Shown piece after piece: positions 36,834 to 44,484 of a DNA stretch of 52,895 bases (within the stretch, counting starts at the first letter, position 1; every line of letters starts with the position of its first letter). A model generated the notes under the pieces. It was not told where the DNA came from, searched no databases, and was given only the letters and a program-made list of their open reading frames with translations. Position numbers and translations under genes: made by a program. The stretch is from Escherichia phage LF82-10: the sequence record PV660453. One strand, given 5' to 3'.

Positions 36834-37250
36834 TTATAAATATTTTGCTTCAAATGTTGTGCCGTCTGCGATCGAAAATCCAACCTCCTCGCGGTAAAGG
36901 TTCCACGGTGAGCCGTCCTCGTCAAAGATAAGCCCGGCAACCCCACCAAGCGCCCTGCCTGAATCCACCTGGTAGCGCTTGCCAACCTTAAAGGATTTCT
37001 TCATTGGGTTCTTGTGATCCAGCGTCATGCACTTCAGGGTTTTAGTTTTCATCTCAACGAATGTTGCAGCAACGACGCCATCCGATGAAACGAAAATATC
37101 ACCGCTTACGCCAACCGAAAGCACGATCTTAGCCTTGCCCTTGCCGATTGAAATGTTGCCTTCATCGTCAACTTTCGCCTTATACATGTGGTTAGCGTTG
37201 AAGGTTTTAGTTAATGACATGGTGCATTTGATCTTGATTGACTTTGACAT
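36834..37250 (-). CDS. hypothetical protein (IKIKCT N-terminus, MKxKC-family)
   Basis: in-frame ATG at 37250 (MSKSIKIKCT...), SD AGGA; 138 aa. Confidence 0.45.
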   Translation of the reverse strand: MSKSIKIKCTMSLTKTFNANHMYKAKVDDEGNISIGKGKAKIVLSVGVSGDIFVSSDGVVAATFVEMKTKTLKCMTLDHKNPMKKSFKVGKRYQVDSGRALGGVAGLIFDEDGSPWNLYREEVGFSIADGTTFEAKYL

Positions 37251-37307
37251 TTTTAGTTCCTCGTTGTTGGTGTGAATGAATAATAACAAAACCCGCCGAA
37301 GCGGGTT

Positions 37308-37322
37308 TAACAAAAAGTGCTA
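37308..37322 (-). promoter_or_regulatory. TAGCA-box (TAGCACTTTTTGTTA)
   Basis: TAG is stop of 37320..38012; followed by hairpin CCCGCTTCGGCGGG and -10 TATTAT 37280-37285 (minus). Confidence 0.55.
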
Positions 37323-38012
37323 TTTGTAACGGTTGTACTGGAAGACGGCGCGAGCGAATCCGCGCGGAGTTAGGGAGCGGAGTTGCTTAGTCTTCGCAGA
37401 CTTTCCGCCGAGGAACTTCCAGCCCCAAAAGAAATGCAAGCCTTCCTCTTTTGGTAATGGTGCCTTCTCTGGCTCGCGGAAACCGTTGCCATGCCAGATG
37501 CAAGTTTTTTTCGTGTAGCCGTCTCGCAGTGGCATTTTGGGGTGCCAGGAGCCTTCACGCGCATCGACGTATTGCCCGAAGTCACGAGGATGGAAATAGA
37601 ATTTAGGCTTGCCCAGGTTTTCCGGCTTTGACATTGCCCCTACCGGGTTTTCAATCATCCACGGGATCTGGTAGCGTTCGCCAATCTCAATGACAACCTT
37701 TGCACACTCAAGCGCATATTTCATTTCGGCGTCGTCTCTCTCGTGCTGCGCGCCAGATTGGGCAAACAGAGTGCAATCCGGGAAGCCAAAAACGATATCA
37801 GGCTTGGGCAACCCCAGGATCTCAGCCTTTGTGATGAAATCCTTATCAATCCACGTATTCACATATCGGATATTTGGGTGATTCATCTTCACGGCGTACT
37901 CGCCATGATTGCCGGAGTCAGCGTTGAAGCATATCACCTGACAACCAACCTCAGCCCAAGGCAATCCCATAATGCCGGAGCCGTCAAACAGCGACCATAC
38001 AACACGCTTCAT
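37320..38012 (-). CDS. short C5-cytosine methyltransferase-like SAM-dependent protein
   Basis: 230 aa; motif I-like LFDGSGIMG, motif IV-like GFPDC (Pro-Cys region), motif VI-like ENPVG; no room for a normal target-recognition domain; stop TAG embedded in box 37308-37322. Confidence 0.5.
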   Translation of the reverse strand: MKRVVWSLFDGSGIMGLPWAEVGCQVICFNADSGNHGEYAVKMNHPNIRYVNTWIDKDFITKAEILGLPKPDIVFGFPDCTLFAQSGAQHERDDAEMKYALECAKVVIEIGERYQIPWMIENPVGAMSKPENLGKPKFYFHPRDFGQYVDAREGSWHPKMPLRDGYTKKTCIWHGNGFREPEKAPLPKEEGLHFFWGWKFLGGKSAKTKQLRSLTPRGFARAVFQYNRYK

Positions 38013-38230
38013 TCTGCCACCTCTTCAAATTTAGCCACGCCCAGGATTACCCATCCTTTATGGTGCATAGTAACCGCTTGCCACTCGAATGAGCCGTTGC
38101 GGCGCTTCTCATCGCCAGTGATCACAGCATCACCGCCAACCTTCACGGCATCGTAGATTTTACCTTTCGTGAAGTGTGGCTTTTGCTTCTTATCGGTTGG
38201 CGAAACAGCGCCAGTACATTTCAGTTTCAT
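38009..38230 (-). CDS. hypothetical small protein (MKLKCT, MKxKC-family)
   Basis: 73 aa; SD AAGGA; stop overlaps next start (ATGA). Confidence 0.45.
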   Translation of the reverse strand: MKLKCTGAVSPTDKKQKPHFTKGKIYDAVKVGGDAVITGDEKRRNGSFEWQAVTMHHKGWVILGVAKFEEVAE

Positions 38231-38239
38231 TGCAGATCC

Positions 38240-38479
38240 TTAAAATGGAATTTCATCTTTGCAAGCTTGACATACTTTCTCAGGCGTGCATGAGCAGTTA
38301 TAAGCGCAAACAGAAACCGGATTATTGCCGATAACCTTGCTTTCTGATTGGTGATCCATTCCACCAAGAGCATCATCAAGCTCTATGCACCCATAGGCAA
38401 CCATCATTGCCCACTCGTCGTTAAGCCCGGCATCCTTAGCCGCGCGGTGGCGGCTCCAGAAGTTATTGACGTTCTTCAT
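38240..38479 (-). CDS. hypothetical Cys-containing small protein
   Basis: in-frame ATG (MKNVNNFW...) with SD GGGAG inside ORF-track 38240..38770; 79 aa. Confidence 0.35.
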   Translation of the reverse strand: MKNVNNFWSRHRAAKDAGLNDEWAMMVAYGCIELDDALGGMDHQSESKVIGNNPVSVCAYNCSCTPEKVCQACKDEIPF

Positions 38480-38705
38480 TCTCGCGCTCCCGATCCTGAT
38501 AGCCGATTTCAACGAGCGCGGAGCCAGCAGCCTCGACGAATTCCATGTTGCAGCACATAAAGAAAAGTTCCTTGTATTGCTGAGGAACATCAAGCGCATC
38601 GATAATCTCTCTTGCGCGATCTTCATCGATATCGTTGCGATATAGCCCGATCTGGCGCGAATGCATACGGAACGTCGCGCCAGCTTCAATCTTGTTGATA
38701 GCCAT
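38463..38705 (-). CDS. hypothetical protein
   Basis: 80 aa; ATG directly after upstream stop codons, SD GGAG. Confidence 0.4.
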   Translation of the reverse strand: MAINKIEAGATFRMHSRQIGLYRNDIDEDRAREIIDALDVPQQYKELFFMCCNMEFVEAAGSALVEIGYQDRERENEERQ

Positions 38706-38708
38706 TTA

Positions 38709-38933
38709 TTAGCTCCAGGAGTTGATAAACATTGCGTTACCTTCAAGAACCTGAATAACTTCAAACTCACTGTATTTCGTCAGGCCGGAACCTGGGGTTT
38801 TGCCAACCACAAAGGAGCCATCACGGCGAGCGGTAATGCAAATCTGAGTCAGGCCGGATGCGCGATCCAATTTCACGCGAACGGAGCCAGTTTTATCCAG
38901 GTGTGCCATGATATTTGCGGTTTTAACTTTCAT
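38709..38933 (-). CDS. hypothetical protein
   Basis: start placed at in-frame ATG (MKVKTANIM...) with SD AAGGAA; downstream of box 38992-39006. Confidence 0.4.
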   Translation of the reverse strand: MKVKTANIMAHLDKTGSVRVKLDRASGLTQICITARRDGSFVVGKTPGSGLTKYSEFEVIQVLEGNAMFINSWS

Positions 38934-38991
38934 CTTCATTTCCTTGTTTGTTGGTGTAACTGCATTATTGCAGATCACGCCGATTTAGTTT

Positions 38992-39006
38992 TAACAAAAA
39001 GTGCTA
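38992..39006 (-). promoter_or_regulatory. TAGCA-box (TAGCACTTTTTGTTA)
   Basis: TAG is stop of 39004..39351; weak -10 AATAAT at 38964-38969 (minus). Confidence 0.5.
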
Positions 39007-39351
39007 TTTGATGCCGTCAAAGGTTGTGTATTTCAGGTTCACACTGACCTTGCCATCATCGAAATGGAAAGCGGGAGCCTCAAAGCGGATGATGTTATTC
39101 ATCGTTCCGGCCTCTACGTAGCGTCGTGCGCCATTTCTCATGGGGATAACGCTGACTCTCTTTGCCGCATCGAATGGATTTGAAACGCCAAAGTATCGAC
39201 ATACAGCGCCGCGCAACGCCTCATCTTCATGCTTATGCATATCACGGATGAGGCGATTTTTAGCGTCCATCATCACATCATAGCTTGCACAGCTAGAGCC
39301 GATGTTGCTATATTCGCGCATTCCGCCAACCTTGAATTGATTGTTGTTCAT
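39004..39351 (-). CDS. hypothetical protein
   Basis: 115 aa; stop TAG embedded in box 38992-39006. Confidence 0.4.
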   Translation of the reverse strand: MNNNQFKVGGMREYSNIGSSCASYDVMMDAKNRLIRDMHKHEDEALRGAVCRYFGVSNPFDAAKRVSVIPMRNGARRYVEAGTMNNIIRFEAPAFHFDDGKVSVNLKYTTFDGIK

Positions 39352-39596
39352 GGTAACTTTACCTCGTTGTATTCACAGAATTCGATTACATATTCACAGC
39401 TATCGGTTGACTCAGTGCCGCGCAGAACATCACAGCCGCCATCACTACCCAAGAAGGCCGGGCATGAAGCGCACAGCGCGCCGCCGCAATTCGATTCGAC
39501 GATTGACATTCCGTTACACCTTCCGCCGCCGAATCGGTGCGGAAAGTCATAGGCGCGGCAGTCGCACGTAACCTGGTGTCGCTTACGCTTTTGCAT
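39348..39596 (-). CDS. cysteine-rich small protein
   Basis: 82 aa with ~10 Cys in CxC / CxxC-like spacing. Confidence 0.4.
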   Translation of the reverse strand: MQKRKRHQVTCDCRAYDFPHRFGGGRCNGMSIVESNCGGALCASCPAFLGSDGGCDVLRGTESTDSCEYVIEFCEYNEVKLP

Positions 39597-39807
39597 CTGC
39601 CAGCCACTTAGCGTATTTTGCGCGCTGATTCATTGAGCAGGTGATCCCCTCTTCCTTCATGTTGCTCGCGCGGTAGATCTCAACCTGTGATTCCGTGTTT
39701 AACTTGCCATCACGAACGTAAACGGAGCCACGGAAGGTGTGGAAAACTACATCTTTCATGGTTGCAGCCAGCGCCAGGAATTCAGACTTTTTCATCATAT
39801 GTGCCAT
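39583..39807 (-). CDS. hypothetical protein
   Basis: 74 aa; downstream of box 39867-39881 and -10 CATAAT. Confidence 0.4.
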   Translation of the reverse strand: MAHMMKKSEFLALAATMKDVVFHTFRGSVYVRDGKLNTESQVEIYRASNMKEEGITCSMNQRAKYAKWLADAKA

Positions 39808-39866
39808 TTGCTTATCTCCGTTTCGTTTTAGTGGTTACATTATGCCGGGTTTCCGCCCGGCACGTT

Positions 39867-39881
39867 TAGCAATTAGTGCTA
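39867..39881 (-). promoter_or_regulatory. TAGCA-box (TAGCACTAATTGCTA)
   Basis: abuts stop of 39882..40088; -10 CATAAT 39839-39844 (minus) after hairpin. Confidence 0.55.
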
Positions 39882-40088
39882 TCAGATTGATTCGATTACC
39901 GCGTGGAAATCTTTGCGGGTTTTGCAGTCTGCCAGGCGTGCATAACATGCTTTAGCGTAGTCAGTATCGGCCTGAGTTTCGAAGATGCCACACTCTTTGG
40001 CGATAGCTTTTAATGTACGCTTTCCGCTTTCGATATCAGCCTTGATGCCGTTGATGGTGTTGATGTCGATGATGTTAAGAGTTGTCAT
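39882..40088 (-). CDS. hypothetical protein
   Basis: 68 aa; downstream of box 40155-40169. Confidence 0.4.
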   Translation of the reverse strand: MTTLNIIDINTINGIKADIESGKRTLKAIAKECGIFETQADTDYAKACYARLADCKTRKDFHAVIESI

Positions 40089-40154
40089 TTTGCTATCCTT
40101 TTGTGTGCTTCGTTTCGATGGAGTAATAATAGCAAAAGCCAGATCGGGAGTTTT

Positions 40155-40169
40155 AGCAAAAAGTGCTAT
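40155..40169 (-). promoter_or_regulatory. TAGCA-box (TAGCACTTTTTGCTA)
   Basis: -10 TATTAT 40126-40131 (minus). Confidence 0.5.
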
Positions 40170-40230
40170 TTTCCCGATCCGGCGCGCGGAACATCTGCCC
40201 CATGGTTTGGGGTGTTAACCAGTCAGAGCG

Positions 40231-40659
40231 TCATGCGTAATAAAGCCCTGATGTTAGTTTCTCAACGTCAACCTTCGCCTTGTACGGCTTATCACACCCA
40301 AGGCACCAGGCTATATAATCAGCGCCATGATCACAAGACGAAATCCAGACGCGCCATTGCTTTGACCCGGCGTGCCAGCGATACAGAACCTTGTAATCCT
40401 CACTATGGAAGTAAACGCCATCATCATCATCGCGGATGATATGCCCACGCTCAAACAGCTTGAAGCGCTTCACGGTTTCGATGATGTAGCGCGCCTGAGG
40501 GTTAGCGCTCCCGGTTTTGTACACGCGCCCGGCTGACATTTTGCCTTCACTATCACTGATGCGAACCATCGTCATTCCACCATCGACGTGCTGACGGGTA
40601 ACAGTGGCACCACGGCTTTTGGCGAACTCCAGCGCCTTGATCAGATGTTTGTTTTTCAC
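40231..40659 (-). CDS. hypothetical protein
   Basis: 142 aa ORF. Confidence 0.4.
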   Translation of the reverse strand: MKNKHLIKALEFAKSRGATVTRQHVDGGMTMVRISDSEGKMSAGRVYKTGSANPQARYIIETVKRFKLFERGHIIRDDDDGVYFHSEDYKVLYRWHAGSKQWRVWISSCDHGADYIAWCLGCDKPYKAKVDVEKLTSGLYYA

Positions 40660-40871
40660 GCTTTATTCCTCGTTAATTTGAAAGTCAATTCAACCTCGCC
40701 CACAACCTCCGCCATCCCATGATTTACCATGTAACGAAACTCTTCATAGGTAAATGCGGTTTGCGCTGGCAGGCCATCCATGATGCGCATACAAGGCAAC
40801 TCACTGTAGCGCGTCATTGGGATCGCGTACTCGCGCCCGGTTGTCTTAATGCGGATAAGTTTCATTTTCAT
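40656..40871 (-). CDS. hypothetical protein
   Basis: 71 aa; stop overlaps downstream start. Confidence 0.4.
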   Translation of the reverse strand: MKMKLIRIKTTGREYAIPMTRYSELPCMRIMDGLPAQTAFTYEEFRYMVNHGMAEVVGEVELTFKLTRNKA

Positions 40872-41026
40872 TGCGCCTCCATCTCCTCAACTGAACCACA
40901 GTACCCTTTCTCATTGTTGATCTCATCCTCACGAGCAACCGCATCACTCTCTTTAAGCCATACGCTATCAACCTCTGAGTCTCCGCCACTAAAGAACTCG
41001 TGACGCATCACAACGTATACGATCAT
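40868..41026 (-). CDS. hypothetical small protein
   Basis: start placed at in-frame ATG (MIVYVV...) adjacent to upstream stop; acidic C-terminus; weak. Confidence 0.25.
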   Translation of the reverse strand: MIVYVVMRHEFFSGGDSEVDSVWLKESDAVAREDEINNEKGYCGSVEEMEAQ

Positions 41027-41271
41027 AACCACTCCATTGCTTTGATGATGCACTCTGCCTGTGAGCCGATAAACGAGTTGTCTTTGGTATCAGCTCTCCA
41101 CTGACGCGATCCTTTTGCCACCTGGGTGCACGTAATCATAACGCCACCACGATAACCAACCTTGAACGCGTTTGATGTCTTGCCATTACTGCGCTTACGG
41201 AAATGGTCAGTAACGATTACTCCGTTGTCAGTTGCAGCGTCGATTGCTTGCTGAATGGTTAACTTGCTCAT
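41023..41271 (-). CDS. hypothetical basic protein
   Basis: 82 aa, 3 nt after upstream stop. Confidence 0.4.
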   Translation of the reverse strand: MSKLTIQQAIDAATDNGVIVTDHFRKRSNGKTSNAFKVGYRGGVMITCTQVAKGSRQWRADTKDNSFIGSQAECIIKAMEWL

Positions 41272-41274
41272 AAA

Positions 41275-41514
41275 TTACCCCTTGATAGTCAGGCCGAAAG
41301 CCTCAACCAGAATGTCACTTGCAGCGTGCATTTCGCAACGAGCAACCTCACGGTCATCAAAATTCTCTACAGCGTACATCACAACACCACGAGCCTGATC
41401 AGCTTCTACAAACTGGTTGCAACGGTCATTCAGTTCTTTCGCTAACTCAGCGTCAAAATCAGCCGTTACGCCTTCGATAAACTCCGCCTCGGTGATGATG
41501 TTCATGTAGCGCAT
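41275..41514 (-). CDS. hypothetical acidic protein (first gene of leftward accessory operon)
   Basis: 79 aa; downstream of box 41575-41589 and -10 TATAGT. Confidence 0.4.
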   Translation of the reverse strand: MRYMNIITEAEFIEGVTADFDAELAKELNDRCNQFVEADQARGVVMYAVENFDDREVARCEMHAASDILVEAFGLTIKG

Positions 41515-41574
41515 TGCTGTTTCCTCAGTTCGTTTCGTTGAGATAACTATAGCCGAAACATCCTGAGTGGTTTT

Positions 41575-41589
41575 AGCAAAAAGTGCTAT
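41575..41589 (-). promoter_or_regulatory. TAGCA-box (TAGCACTTTTTGCTA), first of leftward accessory operon
   Basis: -10 TATAGT 41546-41551 (minus). Confidence 0.55.
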
Positions 41590-41602
41590 TGATTCGATTT
41601 AT

Positions 41603-41664
41603 CCAATTATTCCATTATTCCAACTATTCTGGAATATTCCTGAATAACCGAATATCTGGAATAG
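41603..41664. repeat. cluster of GGAATA/TATTCC motifs including perfect palindrome GGAATATTCC (41631-41640)
   Basis: ATTATTCCA x2, GGAATATTCC, CTGGAATAG in 62 bp; GGAATAATTGGAATAG recurs at 42931-42946. Confidence 0.6.
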
Positions 41665-41709
41665 TCAAAATGACTATGGCTCTCCGTTCGTTTTAGCGAA
41701 CAAACGTTC

Positions 41710-41730
41710 GATGTGATGTGATGTGATGTG
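41710..41730 (+). repeat. (GATGT)4 microsatellite
   Basis: GATGTGATGTGATGTGATGTG. Confidence 0.8.
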
Positions 41731-41899
41731 AATGAGGGTGAGGAGGCGATCAGATCTGATCCCGAAACTTTTTCCCTCACCGCACGATTTGCTAATGAAT
41801 TGTCGTGCCTGTAGTTGTATGTTGTGTTTTACGTTTTCCGTGGAAATCGGTACGCGCTACTACGCGGAATAACAATGTTATGCTTTATATATAGATATA

Positions 41900-41950
41900 T
41901 AAGTATATATAAAATAAAGGTTTTTTATTATATATATTATCTAATTTCAT
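41900..41950 (+). repeat. AT-rich element (TAAGTATATATA...GGTTTTTT...ATCTAAT), copy B
   Basis: homologous to 20839-20880. Confidence 0.6.
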
Positions 41951-42162
41951 AACACTTTATAACGTGTTGTGTTTGTTCCGCCGGACGCGGAGTGATTGAT
42001 ATGTTTCGCGGCCTATTTATGCCTATATTGTGAAATATGGGTAGGGGGATATATACCCCTCCGAAATCCGCAACAAACGCTTAATACGCACTACAACCCA
42101 GCAGGAATGCACCATGTAGAGGAGATTTTGTTGATAATGGCAATAATCGACACAAATTAATC

Positions 42163-42191
42163 TTGACTACAATTAAGCTTTTCCGCATTAT
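42163..42191 (+). promoter_or_regulatory. sigma70-like promoter TTGACT-17-CATTAT for rightward accessory operon
   Basis: hexamers at 42163-42168 and 42186-42191, 33 bp upstream of 42224. Confidence 0.55.
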
Positions 42192-42223
42192 GGCGGCTCA
42201 ACCAATCAGATGAGGTATCACCC

Positions 42224-42721
42224 ATGACACTTGCAGAAGTATTGCGCTATATGGCAACCGAAGCCATGAAATCCCCTGAGAAGGAGATCACCGTGCCAGT
42301 GTGGCAAATCCTGGTTCAGGCACACAATCTGGACGCTGACGAGCGCCGCGCATTACAGGCAGACTTTGACAAGCGCGTTGAGCTGGTAGCAAGTGAGAAG
42401 CGCCTGACCAACTCGTACATCACCAACACCTGCAACCGCATGAAGGAAATGATCGCGGCTGACCTATCCATCACCACAAAGCGTGGCGAGGACGACGGCG
42501 GGAATCGGACGCTCACCCTGGGCGTTAAGCCCGGCGCAATGAAGCTGGGCAGTCGGAGCAAGTCGGAGAACATCGCGGCGAAGAATGCAGTGCAGGATTT
42601 TGCCCGGCGCATCATGGAGATTGCCCCAGCACTAGATAGCCTGAGCGATGATCGCGTTGCTGGTGCCGTCGATGGCGTGCGCATGATGAAAGAGCTGATT
42701 GCCAGGGAGGCCGGACTATGA
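42224..42721 (+). CDS. hypothetical protein (first gene of rightward accessory operon)
   Basis: 165 aa; SD GAGGT; downstream of sigma70-like promoter TTGACT-17-CATTAT (42163-42191). Confidence 0.45.
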   Translation: MTLAEVLRYMATEAMKSPEKEITVPVWQILVQAHNLDADERRALQADFDKRVELVASEKRLTNSYITNTCNRMKEMIAADLSITTKRGEDDGGNRTLTLGVKPGAMKLGSRSKSENIAAKNAVQDFARRIMEIAPALDSLSDDRVAGAVDGVRMMKELIAREAGL

Positions 42722-42930
42722 AGCTTCGAATAGCTATCGTTTCCGTTGTGCTGCCATTCAGCGGCGAGCGCAAAAACACATACGCCGTTCAAAAGCGGAT
42801 CGGCTTCTTCTGGTGGCAGACGCTTACCCTGTGTGACAGCTTGCCCCAGGCGCGCCACTATGTACGCCACACCCTGGAAGATCGCAGTGGTGAAAAGCTG
42901 GTCAAGGTTCTGAATCGTTATTCCTCTTGA
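42718..42930 (+). CDS. hypothetical protein
   Basis: 70 aa; ATGA coupling. Confidence 0.35.
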   Translation: MKLRIAIVSVVLPFSGERKNTYAVQKRIGFFWWQTLTLCDSLPQARHYVRHTLEDRSGEKLVKVLNRYSS

Positions 42931-42945
42931 ATGGAATAATTGGAA

Positions 42946-42960
42946 TAGCACGAACTGCTA
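42946..42960 (+). promoter_or_regulatory. TAGCA-box (TAGCACGAACTGCTA)
   Basis: preceded by GGAATA repeats; -10 CATAAT 42983-42988 inside palindrome GGGGCTATGCCATAATAGCCCC. Confidence 0.55.
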
Positions 42961-43019
42961 AAACACCAGATCGGGGCTATGCCATAATAGCCCTACACCA
43001 ACAAAACGAGGTTAGCACA

Positions 43020-43235
43020 ATGGAAACTGTAACAATCGGCGCTAAGCCGCCATCATTTGACAACTTCCCGTCGCAATTCGTTGAGGATGAATACGGTGAC
43101 GAAACAGAGGTGTCTTTAATTCACTCGTCAGGCAACAAGTCTGTACTCATGGAAAGCGGCAACATGATTTTCACGCCAGATCAGGCGCGCGAACTGGCTG
43201 CGGCTCTCATCAAGGCGGCTGAGGTGTGCGAATGA
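43020..43235 (+). CDS. hypothetical acidic protein
   Basis: in-frame ATG (METVTIG...) after box 42946-42960; 71 aa, Asp/Glu-rich. Confidence 0.4.
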   Translation: METVTIGAKPPSFDNFPSQFVEDEYGDETEVSLIHSSGNKSVLMESGNMIFTPDQARELAAALIKAAEVCE

Positions 43236-43441
43236 AGTTCAAAACTACATACGTATCACCGCGCGCTCGCGTTGCATTCAACCTGCGCAAGGGTATGACA
43301 TACGACGCTGAGAAGATTGGCAATCAGATTTCGGTGCGCGTGCCTATCGGTAGGCTCATCATCAAGCTCCAGGGAGAGAGGTTCATGAGTCGCTCAATGA
43401 CGGGCGAATTACTCGCGGCATGGGAGGAAGTGAAAAAATGA
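43232..43441 (+). CDS. hypothetical protein
   Basis: ATG 43232 overlaps upstream stop (ATGA); 69 aa. Confidence 0.4.
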   Translation: MKFKTTYVSPRARVAFNLRKGMTYDAEKIGNQISVRVPIGRLIIKLQGERFMSRSMTGELLAAWEEVKK

Positions 43442-43746
43442 TGATTTTGAATGACCGAGAGGAGCTACAGGAAGCCGTGAGACTGGCGCTAAAATCAGAC
43501 GTGCCATTTATCGAAGTTGTGCTTTGCGTGGCTGCCAGCCTCGATGTACGGCCCCGTGTGGCTGCTTTCATGGTTCACTCTAACACCTTCGATATGGCTG
43601 GCACATTCCAGGGTGATAAATTCCTTGAATTCTTGATGCAGCTAACCGATAAGTTCGAAGCCATGCATCCTGACCGGATAAGCGCCAGTGGGCAGATCCT
43701 GATCGAGGAGTTCACCAACTTTGTGATTCGCGGTACATGGCGATAG
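43438..43746 (+). CDS. hypothetical protein
   Basis: ATG 43438 overlaps upstream stop; 102 aa; stop TAG embedded in box 43744-43758. Confidence 0.4.
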   Translation: MMILNDREELQEAVRLALKSDVPFIEVVLCVAASLDVRPRVAAFMVHSNTFDMAGTFQGDKFLEFLMQLTDKFEAMHPDRISASGQILIEEFTNFVIRGTWR

Positions 43747-43758
43747 CACTTTTTGTTA
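43744..43758 (+). promoter_or_regulatory. TAGCA-box (TAGCACTTTTTGTTA)
   Basis: TAG is stop of upstream gene; -10 CATACT 43781-43786 after hairpin TGCCGG/CCGGCA. Confidence 0.55.
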
Positions 43759-43816
43759 AACGTGTGCCGGGCTAATCCGGCATACTGTCACCACACCAAC
43801 CAATCAAGAAGTCAAC

Positions 43817-44095
43817 ATGAAGACGTTAAAAGAGATTTTGGCAGAAATTGACGAGGCTGCGCTCAAGGATAATGACGACGAGGCCACAACAAGCAAGAAG
43901 ATCCTGACTTGCGGAGCCACTCACATTGCGCAAGATGCAGACGGCGCAGTATTCGCATTCAGGGGTAAGCCAACCGCCACGAAAATTGAGGATATGACGG
44001 AGTGGTTTAGCGGCGAAAAAGGTGAAGTGCTGTTATTCTGCGCAGACCTGGAAAAGCCAGAAGATTGGACGCAGTGCATTTGGGAGCTGCCATAA
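43817..44095 (+). CDS. hypothetical protein
   Basis: 92 aa. Confidence 0.4.
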   Translation: MKTLKEILAEIDEAALKDNDDEATTSKKILTCGATHIAQDADGAVFAFRGKPTATKIEDMTEWFSGEKGEVLLFCADLEKPEDWTQCIWELP

Positions 44096-44415
44096 TGAAA
44101 AAGTTTGTCGGATCGTGTTTGCTGGTTTCTGTCCTGGCGCTGGCGTTCATCGCTCTCGCAGGGTGTGACGACTCAACCCGCGTGCCTCGTGAGCAGCGTA
44201 GCAAGGTGCGGGTCACAACGGCTGAATCCGGGCGCGTGCAGGTGCGCAAGATCAGCGAATTCCGTGACGACCTGGCTTATGACAGCTATCGAGGCGTGTA
44301 CATCATCACGGACACTGAAACCGGGCAGGAGTTCATAGGCGTTAGCGGTGTTGGTATCAGTGCTATCGGGCAACACAATTGCGGCAAAAACTGCTGGAAG
44401 AAAGATGAGAGATAG
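44095..44415 (+). CDS. putative lipoprotein
   Basis: ATG overlaps upstream stop (TAATG); signal peptide with lipobox LAGC. Confidence 0.5.
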   Translation: MKKFVGSCLLVSVLALAFIALAGCDDSTRVPREQRSKVRVTTAESGRVQVRKISEFRDDLAYDSYRGVYIITDTETGQEFIGVSGVGISAIGQHNCGKNCWKKDER

Positions 44416-44427
44416 CACTTTTTGTTA
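44413..44427 (+). promoter_or_regulatory. TAGCA-box (TAGCACTTTTTGTTA)
   Basis: TAG is stop of lipoprotein gene; -10 CATAAT 44450-44455. Confidence 0.55.
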
Positions 44428-44484
44428 AAACTGCCCGGAGCGATTCGGGCATAATGATTTCACACCAAACGAGAGGAAGTGAAA

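Noticed and set aside
38240-38770. 176-aa minus-strand ORF in the track
   Set aside because: Its N-terminal two-thirds overlap, in another frame, an 80-aa ORF (38463..38705) that starts directly after the upstream stop with a good SD. An internal ATG at 38479 with SD GGGAG gives a 79-aa product. Two small genes fit the local gene style better than one long ORF with a Leu/Arg-rich low-complexity N-terminus.
41023-41514. Toxin-antitoxin pair (acidic 79-aa plus basic 82-aa proteins)
   Set aside because: Only charge complementarity and adjacency support it; no recognisable toxin or antitoxin motifs (such as the HicA GSH motif) could be identified.
41710-41730. Possible CRISPR-like array
   Set aside because: It is a 5-bp microsatellite (GATGT x4) with no spacers and no second repeat unit of CRISPR length; no cas genes are present.
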